DNA of 64,000 bases from Convolutriloba macropyga (GCF_964194025.1 NC_134480.1:37696001-37760000); one strand, 5' to 3'; counted from the first letter of the stretch, positions 38,284 to 52,603 are shown. A program made the numbers and translations. The notes: generated by a model not told the origin, from the letters alone.

Positions 38284-39710
38284 AAAAACACAGCAGGACA
38301 GGTCCTGAAACACAATCCTGAGAATTGATTGGAAACCTTAGAAAAGCAGCAGATCAATTTAACAATGCTATCCAAAACACAAACAATCATCTCAGAGTTG
38401 AACTAAAAAAACCAAACTAAACAAAAATATACTCATTGGTAAAATTCTTGAAGCCTCTACGCCGAAAAAAAATCTGATCCCTTTAAATACACCTATTTCA
38501 AAAATACGTTAAAAACGAAATTTTGACTCCCAAATCGGTCCAGTATTATATCTGAAAGATCTGAAAAAAACATTGGCCCTTGAAGTTCGGTTAACTCAAA
38601 AAATTCAAAAAAAAATTGAAATCAATTGCAAATTTTAATGAAATGTTGCAGAAAATCGTGGTATTACTGTCCTCAGAACCATTTCTGTGTCTCTACATGA
38701 TATCCAGGAACACAATTTCAAGCCTTAAAAAATTCATTGGCTCACAGACCGATAAACTAGGTAAAAGACAATTTATCAAAAAATAGAACTTCGCTCTATT
38801 AAAATGTTGAAAACAATTCCATCGCCCCTAGCAACTCTTTAATAACACAATATCAAACCCTGGAGGAGATTACCTTGTTACTGAGCCAAGAAAAACTGAA
38901 CAACAGAAAAATGTCTTCAAAAACCTTGAAAACGCAAATTTTGTCAAAAAGTTTCAAAAATTTGAACTGTTTGAAACAATTCCATTGACACTAACAGCCA
39001 TTCAGTAACTTTTTATCAGACCGTGAAATAAGTTTCCTGGATTGAGAACGGACAAAAATCAACAATTGACAACAATTTTGGAAAAATTTAGGAGAAAAAT
39101 GCTAAAATTCGAGACATTAAAATGTTGAAAACCGTTCCATTGTTTTTAGAGACAACGCAGTGCACTTTTATCAAAGATGAAAGGAGACTCTCTGGCACCT
39201 GAGACTGGAAAAACTCAAAAAATGACAAAAATTTTCAAAAACAAGAATAAAATGCAAAAATTAGTTTCATTTTGAGTGTCTGTGTTTGTAGTACCAAAAC
39301 ATATAGCTCATAAAAAGGCCATAACAAGTAATTTTGTCTTGAAAAAACTTCCATTAACTATAAAAAAACTTCAACCTAAGAATTAAACCAAAAAAACTCA
39401 AAAATGGCAAAAAATTGCACCTGTTTGAGTCCAAAAACTCCTAAAAATGACCTTTTAACCTTAAATTTAGGCCATCTCAGCAGCTTCACCACTCTAAGCA
39501 CTTGAAGGGCTACTAAAACCCACTTTTGGCCTCTAATGAAACTTAATGCCTGCTGGGCTTTATCTGTCTATCCCGTTTTGAAAGATCAAAGTCATTGAAA
39601 AATGTGTGAAAACATCTTAAACACAGCGCCCCAATTTAATGCAAATTCTTTGCATCGTAAAAAAACGGGAGCACTATAATAGCCGGCTGAGAAGCTGAGG
39701 CGGCTATTAA
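38284..39710 (-). mobile_element. Related family-2/4 element with degenerate internal repeats
   Basis: caggacaggtcctg hairpin end; opposite end aatagccg...cggctatt; interior resembles 43150-46100. Confidence 0.55.
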
Positions 39711-40803
39711 TAAAACGACAATAGTAAAAAGGGGGAAATATATCAACTATCATACAAAACGTGCTTTATGACGTTACAGACCGCCATATGTGGCGCTTCC
39801 CAAGTTCCCATGTGTGACTATTTTTTCAAAAATAAGTTGCTCATTCCCATGATTCGATAGTTTCAAAATTTGTTTCCATTAGCCTATGTTAACAAACTAA
39901 TGCTCTTTCAGCAATGAGCAGACAACATATTCATATTCTCATAAGAGATAGGAAGATCTACTTTAAATAATACACACGTTACGCTTCGAGTGGTAAAATT
40001 TTCAGGGAGAAAATTAAAAAATCTTAATTTATCAATCATGATTCAGCTCACAGCACGGACACACACGTTATCCCATCAATACTAGTTTCTATTGCAACAA
40101 TTCAATCGGACGACTAAATCGAAAACAATCTAAACAAAAATTAGTTAGCGATCCGTGTTTTTAGTCCGATTGGTTCCGAAAGATGCTCAAGAAGCATTAA
40201 ATTCTGACAGAACGTTTTCTTGACAGATGAGGCCTTTGTTCAAATTTCCAATGATAAACTTTTTTGAGTTATTCGGAGGAAAAGATCAAGAATTTTTTAA
40301 TTTTTTTTTCGGACACGCAATCGCCTACGCTTTGGCGCAAACAATTAAATTGACAAAAATTGCACGTTGAATTTTCGAAAACGTTAAATACCATATGTTT
40401 TAAGGAACTGTAAGAAAAAACATTCCGTTTGAACAGGGAAATGATCTTGCGCATAAATCAAGAAGGAAACGACATGAAAGCACTGGACAGCCAAAAATTC
40501 GAACTGAATTAAAAACTCAGGAGCACGTTAGAAAGCAGTGGTCATAGAAAGCTTAAGGACGGTATTCACAAAAACAGATATGAGAAACCTGTATAAAAGT
40601 TATACAAGCCGTATACAATACGCTAAAAAGCCAAAAGCCATATTCTGCGTCACAGCAAAAATGTCAAAATCAAGAAGTGTCACAATTGAAGATAGAGAAA
40701 ACTAACCGAGTTATTACTAACCTAGTAGATACCATCAAAGCCATAAGAAAACAAACAATAACTCGCATGAGCTGATCATACTATATATTATGCATGTCCC
40801 TAC

Positions 40804-40987
40804 CTGTTCTCATCATCAAGCGTAGCCCAGATGGTATAGTCCTAGCATGCCCATAGAGATAGATTCCGGATAGTACTACTGTCTCTGCACCTGCCTCAGC
40901 CACCGACTTAAACTGTCTGTCTTGCAAGAGGTCTTTATTCACCAATTTGCGATACGCAGTTGCTAATGATGACTCACTGAATATCAT
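40804..40987 (-). CDS. Small putative membrane protein (~115 aa), exon 1 (start codon uncertain)
   Basis: Coding-like open frame MIFSESSLATAY...LRLMMRT with phase-1 donor CAG|GTAGGG; possible acceptors just upstream, so further 5' exons are not excluded. Confidence 0.55.
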
Positions 40988-42730
40988 TATACAAATCTGA
41001 AACACCCTGTCAACAGATTACGCAACCGAACTTTTCGAAAGTGAACATTCTGTTTGGTCGACTTCTCACCGACGCTGAGGTCCGAAACCAAAGCGACCTC
41101 TGATAATCATCAGACAATGTCTGCACATATTACAATCAGAGGTCATTTATAGATTAGATGACTTTTAGCAGAGGAAATGAACCAAGGAAAAATTCTAATG
41201 AATAGGCAAAAAACACGTTTCTTATAGTAGGGTAAGAATCATATGACCTCCCGAAAGAGGACTCTTGTCAGCCTAGAGGTAACATTATTCGTCAGCAGCC
41301 GGTCTAAAAGTTTCAGGTTATTCGGAAAAATAGGTTTTTCAAAAAAAAATCTCAAAACAGTCGATGTACTCATCGTATACCTTTCAGATTAAATTCAAAG
41401 ACCTCCTAGATTTATAAAAGGTTGAACACCTTCGAACAGAGTCGTTTTCTAAATAAACTTAGAATTGAATAAAAAATGCATCTGAGAAACGCCATGTTTG
41501 ACCTATAAAAACAATTTACGAGTAATTCAAGAAAAGTAAACCTACGAAACAATTTCTTTCAAAGCGCTTTCTTTTGAGCTACAAACTTAATGATATTCGA
41601 TTAATTAGCGTCTAAAAATGCTTGTTTTGAAACCAAGAGAGTTTTGAATTTAACTTATGAGATTAAGTATTAAAAAAGTGAAATTACCCAAGATTGATGA
41701 AAAACTATTTATTGAAAGAAACGAATCCCTTTCAGAAAGTCATAGGGTGAACAAATTACTTAAACAGAGAACCGAACAAATTGACGCGAAATTAAACTTA
41801 TGGAATTGAGAACTTAAAAAATTTAGGCGCAAGGAATACAAAGGTGACTTTCAAAAATAGACAGAAGACCGTGAAAAATCTAGATAAACAAACAGGTACT
41901 CATATTACGAAATTTCAAATGGTTCAATTTACTTTGGAGAATTCAACATTGGAATAGCAAATAATCATAGCCAAAGATTTTATATAGACCATTTGAAGAA
42001 TTGAAGCTTTGAACGCAGAAAAGATCACCAAAACAATTATTTTTCCTCAAATCTAGCTATCAAAAAACACAGGTATTATTGAAAACACCCTATCTTCAAA
42101 GAGTCAAATGAATCAACTTTTGAATAAATTAACCGGTACAAAATTTCGTGCAGAATGCAATAAAACATTTTTGAATTTGCATAGCTCAAAGGTGCATCAT
42201 ATTGAACTATTGAATGTCAGTACCCTGAATAATTCAATGAAGTTGGCTGTAGAATAACCAATATTTGTGATCCTGAATAGGCTGGAAAAAACAAAGCAAT
42301 GATTCGCTAAAATGACAATTGGTTTATAAAGGCAAAAAAATTAAGAACCCACACTCAGTTCTCTATGGCAAATGATAAAGTTGTAGGCCAGTTGAGAAAT
42401 CAATTTAGAAAATGAAAACGAGGTTAACTTCAAAAAACTTAATTTTTTTGATTCGCTTCTTTTACAAGCGCGAACAACCACGTCGGATCAAAACGAGGCC
42501 ATCCTTTTTGTGCAAAATATTCTCAAATTTCTACTAACACAATGAGATCACAAGCACAAAAGACAAAACATTACAATGAAAACACAAACCAAAATTAAAA
42601 ATTAAAATTAACAATAAGATTGAAATGACGTCGCGCACGTAATTTAGTAAAAATTGCATGACTGAATGAAATTGCTGCGAAGTGATCAGAACGTTATGCG
42701 GCCGTAACAAAAATTTTGAAGACGAAATTT

Positions 42731-45700
42731 AAAACATAGCCGCAGATTGCCCGAAATAGCCACTGTTGACGCACATTGGGATTGAAACAGAAAAAGAGGA
42801 TAGAATTGACAGATTTTTTTCTAAGTTTCAAAAAGTGTTCTAAATCGGTGCGCAGTTTCTGTTAGGTACAAAAACTATACTTAATTCAGCTTCTAATCTG
42901 ATAGCTAATAAGCATAATACCAATTGAAGCTAGCAAGCACTCTAATGAACTTTGATAACCTGATACACTATGACTTTATGACCGGGCTTTATCGGTTTAT
43001 CATATTTCTTTTCATTATGCTCTTTTGACATTGACCGTATTTACTGCATTGTGACTTACGAAAAACGTGATCACAAGGAAAAGGGAATTTAAAAAACATA
43101 GGACAAGTCTTGGAACATAGTGCAAAGAACTGAATGAAAAACTGAGATATGATGTACCTTTTTAGCAGATCATTTGAACAAACCCAGCCAAAAACACAAT
43201 CTCAAAAGTTGAGACACTAAAATAATCTAACAAACTGAACAAAATAATTGTTGCTCTGAACAAAATAAACTCTTGAAGCTCTTACCCTGAAGGCCAAATA
43301 TGATACAATTCAATATACTCATTAGCTCACGCACACACCTTGAAAACGATTTATTTGCCACTAAAAGTAGATAGACTCGAGAAATATGACAAATTCTTCA
43401 AAAACCTGAAAACTGCATAATTTAGAGAAAATTTCAAAACTTCGCCAAAAAACTTTTTCATCTCAAGAGCTGTCATGGAATCCAACTGCAAGACTTGAAA
43501 AAGTTGCGTCTGCCAGTAAAGATCGTTAAACTCAGAAAATGACAAAAAAATTCCAAAAAATTTAAAAAACAATTGCAAATTTTAACGAAATCTTGCTAAA
43601 ATTTTAAATATTAAAGTCTTCAGAACCATTTCATTGTCCCAAGAGACTATCCAGTACACACATATTTAAAACTTTAAAAAGCTTCAGTGGCTCATAAAGA
43701 TCCATAAACTTGGAACATGATAAATCTCAGAAAAATTGAACTTTAAATGTTATCAAAAAATTGCTGAAACTCGTGTTATTAAAATATCAATAACCATTCC
43801 GATACCTGAAGCCAAGATGCAGTAACTTCTAATCAAACCCTGGAGGAGGTTCCTCGCCCCTGGTGCCAGAAAAATTCAAAATTTTCATTTTCATAAAAAC
43901 TTGAAAAAATTGAACGTTTTATTAAAAAACTATTAATGATCGTAACAATACAAAGTTGAAAACGACTTTATTGCCATTAGAAAAATACTAGAACTATACT
44001 AACTTTACAGAAACTAAAAAATGCATTTTTTTAAATATTGCTAAAATTCGTGAAATTAAAATCATCTTGAAAAACATTCCATTACCACCAAAAATTAAGC
44101 AGTAAACTATTATTAAATCCTAGAGGCGGTTCCTTGGCCCGTGAGACAAGAGAAACCTGAAAATGACAATTTTCAAACTTGAAAAAACTTGCTAAAATTT
44201 GTAATATTAAAATGTTGAAAACCATTCCATGCCCAATAGAAAAATTTTGTAGCATTTTATCGAACCCTAGAGGAGGTTCCGTGGCCCTTGAGGCTTGAAA
44301 CTTAAAAATACAAACATTTTAAAAATGGAACGTTTCATTATAAAACTGCTAAAATTCGTGATGTTGAAAGGTTGAAAACCATTTCATTACCCCTAGAAAC
44401 TAAGTCGTAATCTATCACTAAACACTAGATGAGGTTCCTTGACACCTAGGGCTGAAAGACTCAAGAAATGGCAAAACTTTCCAAAAAACTGTAATTATTA
44501 TAAATTTGCCTGTTTAAGTTTGGAGTACCAAAACATATAGTTCTTAAAATGGTCATAAAAAGTAATTACCTTCTTACAAGTCTTTGAGGCTTGAGAAACT
44601 TAAAAAATTACAAACATTTTCAAAAAAACAATTGAAAGTGTTATTAAAAAACGGCTAAAATTTGTGATGTTGAAAAGTGGAAAACCACTTCATTACCCCT
44701 AGAAACTAAGTCGTAACCTATCATTAAACACTAGAGGAGGTTCCTTGACACCTAGGGCTGAAAGACTCAAGAAATTGCAAAACTTTCCAAAAATCTGTAA
44801 AAATTATTATAAATTTGCCAGTTTAAGTTTGGAGTACCAAAACATATAGTTCTTAAAATGGTCATAAAAAGTAATTACCGTCCTGCAAGTCTTTGAGGCT
44901 TGAGAAACTTAAAAAATTACAAACATTTTCAAAAACACAATTGAAAGTTTAATTAAAAAACTGCTAAAATTTGTGATGTTGAAAAGTTGAAAACCGCTTC
45001 ATTACCCCTAGAAACTAAGTCGTAACCTATCATTAAACACGAGAGGAGGTTCCTTGACACCTAGGGCTGAACGACTCAAGAAATGGCAAAACTTTTCAAA
45101 AAAACTGTTTAAATTATTATAAATTTGCCCGTTTAAGTTTGGAGTACCAAAACATATAGTTCTTAAAATGGTCATAAAAAGTAATTACCATATTGCAAGT
45201 CTTTGAAGCTTGAGAAACTTAAAAAATTACATTTTCAAAAGAAATTGAAAGTTTAATTTAAAAAACTGCTTATATTCGTGATGTTGAAAAGTTGAAATCC
45301 ATTTCATTACCCCCTAGAAACTAAATCGTAACCTTTCATCAAACACTAGAGGAGGTTCCTTGACACCTAGGGCTGAAAGACTCGAGAAATGTCAAAACTT
45401 TTCAACAAACTGTAAACATTATTATAAATTTGGCTGCTTAAGTTTGGAGTACCAAAACATATAGTTCTTAAAATGGTCCAAAAAAAGTAGTTACGGTCTT
45501 GCAAGTCTTTGAGGCTTGAGAAGCTTAAGAAATTACAAATATTTTCAAAAAAATTTAAAAATTTAATTAAAAAAACCGCTAAAACTCGTGATGTTGAAAA
45601 GTTGAAAACCATTTCATTACCCCCTAGAAACTAAGTCGTAACCTATCATTAAACACTAGAGGAGGTTCCTTGACACCTAGGGCTCTGAAATGTCAGAACT

Positions 45701-46158
45701 TTTCAAAAAACTGGAAAATATTATAAATTTGGCTGTTTAAGTTTGGAGTATCAAAACCTATAGTTCTTAAAATGGTCATAAAAAGTAATTACCGTCCTGC
45801 AAAAGACCTTTATCAACTCTTACAAACCTCAATTTTATACTGGTCCAAAACAAAATTCGAAGAAGTTTGAAAAAACGATAAAAATTGCACCATTTTGGGC
45901 TCAAAAACTCCTAAAAATGACCTTTCAACCTTGAATTACGGTGCTCCCAGTAGCTTCTCCGCTATATACACACGAGGGACTACTAAACACGGCTAAGGGT
46001 CTCTAATGAAACTTGAGCCCGCTGAGCTTTACCTGTTTCTCCCGGTTTGAGACTTCAGTCATGAAGAAAGGTGTGAAAACATCTTACAAAAAAAAGACAG
46101 AGCACCAATACAATCCAATTCAGAGACGGCCAATAATCGCTTTCTATCGCAGCAATTA
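42731..46158 (-). mobile_element. Nested composite Helentron-like element, long copy with internal tandem array
   Basis: Outer end aaaacatagccgcagattgcc (42731), inner end aaaacataggacaagtc (~43093), opposite ends at ~46105-46158; shares segments with 38284-39710. Confidence 0.55.
44289..45800. repeat. Tandem array, five ~305-bp units
   Basis: Unit starts (t)tgaggcttga(g)aa at ~44289, 44584, 44893, 45203, 45509; each contains ctagaaactaagtcgtaa...gaggttccttgacacctagggct and gtttggagtaccaaaacatatagttcttaaaatggtc. Confidence 0.92.
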
Positions 46159-46559
46159 AAAGCATTCAAGGTGGAGAAAATTTTCAGAAGTATCCTTTCT
46201 ATCAATTTTATCCAGAACCAGTCCTACGGAGTCATTTGAAAATGCGTTCCAGGTTTCAAAAAAGCGCAATAGTGAAATTGATGTCTTTGTTTTTTTTAAA
46301 AAAGAATATGCACCAAAAATATTTGAAAAAATATAGTAATAAAGGTAGTTTGCAAAACGCACATTTTTGATGCTTTCAGTGTTAATTGAATTTTGAACTA
46401 GTTCGAAAGAACTATGCAAACAAATGAACATCACTCAGAGCCTGGAAACAAGGAAACCAGTCATAAAAAACACGACCCAAAAAAACGTGAAAAATACGCA
46501 GAGGTCTCAATGGCCAACTATTGATATATAATTGAATTTAACAACTGATATTGCCAGAT

Positions 46560-47875
46560 AGCTCATGGTTCTATTGCCTTTCAAATAATTTTTTTAAAAA
46601 AGTTTAAAAGTATTCATTTTTTCGTATTTCATAATTTTGTATCATTTTCGTAATTGGTCTCACTATTGAGAGATCTCGTGTTAACTTTTTGTTGAACCAA
46701 ACATCATTTCCTCTGTTGGTTAAACGTTTTGACAAAACTGTGAGACTTAGATACGTTTCATTGTTTGTGGTTCTTTTTGTTGTCATTTCTCTTAGTTTGT
46801 ATCTTATAAATAAAATGGCTTCAACACTGGTTTTGTAATGTTTGTGAACTTTCTTGCTCTGCTTGGATTTACTGTTATTTTAGAGTCCTTTGACTCAGTC
46901 TCTCATAACAGGCGCAATTAGTTTTCCAAGAAGTTGAAAGAAAAACTGTCTGTTCCTTCTAGCGAAAACTTATGTTTTTTATGAACCTTGAGAACATTTG
47001 TTTTTAAAACAAGACAATGGATTTTTAAGCTTTGTCAATCTTGTTTCTGTTTAATTGTACCTTAGAATCTCTTTAGACAAGCCACAACCCTTATCTACCC
47101 AGTTTCAAAAAAATATTCGTGATTTTCGCATCTCTGGCCATTTTTTTCAGGTTTCTGATTTCTTTTCACAGTATAGCAATAATTGGCGGTCTTGTTGCCC
47201 TTTGAAAAAAAAAAACGCAATCAGTGTTTTTTAATGTTCTCAGTGCACAACTTAATGTTTAATTGGCAGGGAAACCGGTTTCGTGCAAATTTTGAATTTT
47301 GTTTTGCCTGTATTTGTCGTTCATTTTGTAGCCGTATGACACATCCTAGATAATGGAAGGTCTTAATAACTTTTTATGGAGGTACAAATTAGTCTCTCAA
47401 TGAGTTCAGTTGATACATAAAGTTTTTACTGAGTTTGACATTAATTCTTCTAAAAGCAGCAACATTTGTTTCTAAACTTTGCCCTTTTGCTTTTTTCTTG
47501 TCGACTTGTTACCAAGTCGCATTGAGGAAAAGTCCCATATTCGTTTTCTAATGAAGTACAGGTTAATTTTTTATATAGGTTTTATCTGATGCCATTTTGA
47601 TTTGGTTATTGTTTTTAAAAAAAATGGACAAGGAGTTTTGGTCGTAATTAAAATTTGTAATTATTTGACTTTTTATCGCCGTCTTTTCTGGGAGTCACAT
47701 TAATGACAAGTCTCACCGGCCTTCTAAGGTAGATTGTTTTATTCATTTAGTTGTTTGTTGAATGATATGTTAATTTTTTAAATCTCTTTCTCATTTGGTA
47801 GACAATTAAGTGAAAAATGTAGATGAGCAGGGTCGGAACATTATGTGCAAACGTACATTACCGCGCCTCTTTGTT
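46560..47875 (+). mobile_element. Family-1 element, partial copy E (3' end clear, 5' limit approximate)
   Basis: gatgagcagggtcggaacattatgtgcaaacgtacattaccg...ttgtt matches the 3' end of copy A. Confidence 0.55.
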
Positions 47876-49014
47876 AAAATTAAATCATTATCATTTAAAT
47901 TGTTCGATATTACCGGTTAGTTTATATTTCACCTGTCTCCGGCACAGATGTAATCTGTTAAGAGTTTAAACAGAGCCGTTTTAAAATAAAGTTGATTTTA
48001 TTAAATCTGGTGAAAACTCAATCATTCACTGATGAATAAAAATTGATCTACCCCCTATCTAGCTAGATATAAATGTCACAACAATTACTAAAATTTTTAG
48101 AGCTGATAGTTATAACATACGTAGTCTGAGCACAAATTAAATTAAGATTTATAAAGCAAAAATGATCGGTGGCTATTTTAGGCAAAGCATATGCTTCCAA
48201 GAAAATTACCCGAGAACCACAAGAAGCAGCCTTTAGAGTCATTCAGCTACAACTTAATACCTTAGAAAAAGAATTCTAGGCAACATAGTAAATTTCTGAA
48301 TCAAATTGAAAATTATATTTTCGAATAAATACGCTACTAAAATAGTGATCGAAGTTTGGACCTAAACCAAAGCTTCGCTACAAACTAGTTTATCAAACAT
48401 TAGTATGCGACAGTTATCGTGCTCACACACACGCACACATTTATCAAATTCATCTTGGTACTTAAATGTACCCGAGCCTTCGTTATAACCCTCAAGCTTT
48501 AGCCACATTTCATCTCTGATTGGTTAACTAGACTCTTTAAACACAAAGCCAAGAAACGTGCCAAACCATGCAAATTTACAGGAACCAATGATGCCGTTTC
48601 CCTTCGTTGACAACACGGTCCGAGGCAATGCAGGTAGCATGAGATAGGCAATAATACGTCCCAAAATCGTACTATTAATCACTTGATTCCACTTGAAGAC
48701 ACATTGACTAATCGCAATATTTTAAGGCCGAGAAAAGATTGACAGTAGGTTGATAAAGTCCAGGAGCTGACGTCGAGGCACATATTTAATCTGATGACAA
48801 TTGTAAAGCACATTTCGGGAAAGCACGCATGTTAATAAATTCGTTCGCATATAAGACAATAACCCGGGATATAACAATTAGTTGCATAAAATGTTCCAAA
48901 AAGGCGAGTTCGGAAGACAGGTTTCAGAAGTCGGTAGCCAATAAGTTCATACCCCAAGTTGTGGATGTTGCAATTGAAGCAAAAAATGGTCGCTAATCGT
49001 CATTTAGAATAAAC

Positions 49015-49144
49015 TTATGGACACTTCCAGGCGCAGGCTCCCAGGGTTCCCTGTTTGAAGAATGCGTAAAGCATGTGGCTCATTTCATGTGATATCTCCA
49101 ATCCAAAGTCTTCGCCAATTACCACGTGCCAGGAGGAGCCGAAT
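49015..49144 (-). CDS. DNAL4: Dynein light chain 4-like, terminal exon (not in ORF track)
   Basis: Acceptor ttgttttag|A TTC; translates FGSSWHVVIGEDFGLEISHEMSHMLYAFFKQGTLGACAWKCP*, matching the DNAL4 FGSSWHVVIGEGFG...WKCS signature. Intron 49145-52603. Confidence 0.9.
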
Positions 49145-50859
49145 CTAAAACAATCCCAATTGTTGAAATTTAGATTTATTTGCACAAGGAATATTTATCA
49201 ACCCAATATTTCTGTTATGCAATTAAAAATTTGATTTTTATACGCTCGGTTATTCAAATCGAAATCTAAGTCATAAACCATATTGAAATCAGTTTATTTA
49301 ATCATCCAAAGACTTCAAAGGAAAGAGGGAAACAGTTCCGATTTCTTGACGATCAGCATCATGGGCAGCTAATTTACGTTCGTCAGCGTACGCTAAAGCG
49401 TAGCCAGAGGTATCCGTCAAATTTGTAATTTTTGATGACGGCATGGGCGACGACCGTCAGGTCCACCTCCGCTGGCTTGCCTTGGGTGCAAGAAGGCAGT
49501 ACATACATGTGTCAGGTGGCTGAGACTTGTGGCTACTGCTTATATTCTACTTAAGTAACGCACTTAAATATGCTGAGATGCAATAGAAAACGATTTTTCG
49601 GTAGTTAATGATGATTTCGTCGTCTCTTAAAGTTCAGCAATCAATTCAAATTGTAGTCAACCAGATACAGTCCTTTCCTCATCAGACAAAAGTGCAAATT
49701 TGTTAAGCCGCCTGGCAGATGATATTTAAAAGCCACTTTGCAACAACCGACTAGATTAAGGAAAGGAATATCCTTCGGTAGTCACTCACTGGCACACACT
49801 CTCGATCAATTTCTTTAAGTGCCTAATCCTAGGAAAATTAATTAATAAAAATGTATAATTTGAATTTTGGTGTTATCTAAAAACAAATTGCTACCGGAAA
49901 ACATTTTGAAACGGGATATTTTCATTTACCCTCAACGAGTTTCGTTATTACCAAACCGTAATACCCGGCAAACAGATACTTTTAACACAAAGTTGATACA
50001 AGTTCGTCTAAATATATTTCCGGAAACAGAGCATCAGTGTACTGTTCATGTTTCACATTATCTCTTCAACTAAACAGGAGCATCTTTACATTTTAATCAA
50101 CGTAAAAGCCATCGATCTAATTTTGCAATTACTTTGTCTGACACCACGAGTTTTCCTGAAAAACTGGCTTGAGCAGATTCAAAATTTAAATAGATTGTTA
50201 TGTTGTAAAAAAATTTTTAATCGTTAATTTTGATAGCACTGTCCACCGTGCCGAATTTTTGTTTAATTTTTCGAAAAAATTGTATATGCAGTTACTCTAA
50301 TTATTTTGAGAACTCTTGCAACGTTAAAAAAGTTTCCGATTCAAGATGGTCTCGATTCTCCTTTCTTAGTGCAAAGCCAGATATATTGGCATTGTTGAAA
50401 ATGAGCATATAGAAAAAGGTAAAATTAATTGTGATTCAATTATTGTTTCACTTGAACCTCATGCACAAGCCTGTTTGCAATTACGTTCTGTTCTATTTGA
50501 GCTAACTTTTCCATCCACATGAATTTCAAATCGTGCAATTATTGCTTAAAAAACTGATAGCTGACTATATCTTATTTATATCTCGGTTCTTAAGTTTCCT
50601 TTTGAAATAGGCTTCACGTAAGTAATAACTTTAAGTTACGGGTCTATGCATGAAGCAACTGCGGGCGTTTATTGAGAACTGCATAGCGGTTCGATAAGTT
50701 AAGCCACGATCTTGCTTTAAACGCGCAACTTGCCCGTTCGAAAATGACAGAAAACAACTTCTGGCTATGTAGATAGCAACTTTTCGCATTTTAACTTCTG
50801 TCACTGAAGACTTTCGTTATTTTATAACACAAGTCTAAACGAAACTAACAGTAAGCAAG

Positions 50860-51762
50860 AACATAGCCGGCAGATTGCCGGAATAGCTGCGACAGAAAAG
50901 ACCTGCGTGCCGTATAATACAGATCTAAATTGAAAAAAAAAATCGACGCCGCTCAAAAAGCTATGCAAAAAACATTCAGCGATAAATTAATAAAGCTTGT
51001 TGAAATTCATTCCACAGAAGCCTTTTATTAGGGACCTTTACTGCACATATGAGTTCTTTTGACCTTAAACTAATTCAAATTAAACTTAAGTTTTAAAGTG
51101 CAAAAGTCATTTTAATGAGTGAGGTAAGTTACGTATGATCAAATCTAATCACGCAAATGCCTTCAATATTTTTTCTAGAGAGAGTGAGAAATGACGTCAC
51201 GCGCGCAAACGCTGTTAGTGAGAGGAAGAAGTAATGCAGAAAATTTGACTTTTTCAGCTTTGCTCGGTGAACAAATGTAAAACGAAAAAAGAGTGTCAGA
51301 CGACGAAACAAAAAACATAGCAGGACAAGTACTGACGTACAATTCAAATTTTCATCGACTAAACAATACACCCGACCTAGAACGGACTAGCACTGAATTG
51401 TGAAAACCATTTCTAAAAAAATCAGAAAAAATTTTAAAAAAACTGAAAATTAATGTCAAAATGCCGCATGTCAACAAAAAACCACTAGCGAGAAACCCAA
51501 TTTTTGTTCAAACACCGTTTTCTCACTCTACTTTAAAATTAGAGCGAAAACTGTCACGCCGCAAAACCACTCGCTTTTTCACTCCACTTCCTGTTTCGGC
51601 GTGACCAAAATCACTACTCCAATTTGACTTCAAAAATCATGAAAATGTGTGAACAGATCTTAAAAAAAAAACAGCGCCCCAATACAATTCAAATTCTTTG
51701 ATTTGTAAAAAAACCAAGAGCACCGCAATATAGCTCTGCTCAGCTTACAGCTTCGCAGCTAT
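50860..51762 (-). mobile_element. Nested composite Helentron-like element, copy 2
   Basis: Same order of termini and same internal sequence as 28852-29748; terminal hairpin ccggca-gat-tgccgg. Confidence 0.7.
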
Positions 51763-51930
51763 AATAACAAACTTGGGATCTTTTCCGTTTGTGCCCCCGC
51801 TCATTGGGCGGGGGGCACAAACCGAAAAGATCCCAAGTTTGTTATTATAGCTGCGAAGTTGTAAGCTGAGCGGAGCTATATTGCGGTGCTCTTGGGTTTT
51901 TTTACATTTCAAAGAATTTGAATTGTATTG
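51680..51930. repeat. Near-perfect inverted repeat (~120-bp arms, short loop at ~51805)
   Basis: caatacaattcaaattctttga...gtgcccccgc mirrors gcggggggcac...tcaaagaatttgaattgtattg with few mismatches. Confidence 0.95.
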
Positions 51931-52603
51931 CATATTATTTGCGTCCCCCCGACGCACGTGCCTTATTTTTAAATAGTGATTTACTATGTAATGGCAAGAG
52001 CTGGGGGGATGCATAACGCACTGGCGGCACAAGTGGAAAAATCTCAAACCTGTTTTTGCTCAAAACAATCACAAACATTGGTTCCACATTAATTGAAACA
52101 GGTACCATTCCTCAGGCAATACTACAAAGCCAAAACTTTACATTAAAAAGACACAAATTATATTAATGCCAATTTTGGAGCAATTAAACAGAAAAGGCTC
52201 TAAAAAGCTGGGCTCTTATTGGATAAATAAGTGACTGTCAATGATGATTAGTTTAGTACCTATGATAACTCTCTTCTTAGTTTGCTTATACCTTTTCTAT
52301 CTTTTTAGAGGCGGCTATGTAGGTGCTAGTGCCAAGTGCTATATTGTATGAAGACAGAGTTATCGTTGCAATATCCTTTCTAATGAAGGCTTTTAATTGC
52401 AAGTTTTTGCTAAGTGCTATTCGGAGCGCGGGTTCGGTGAAAACTCTCTTTTTCTGCTACAAGTTTTTATTCAAGTATTTTTTCTAAGCAACTGAACTGT
52501 ACTGAGCAGAATCGTTCGTGTGAATTTCAAGATAATAAATGCGTGCTGTATAAATTTACAAAAGTCTTTTTCAACCAATCAAAATTCAGCATCGTCATAG
52601 TAC

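Noticed and set aside
49330-49530. GC-richer patch with minus-strand AYADERKL resembling an RT YADD motif
   Set aside because: No flanking RT motifs in frame; too short to call.
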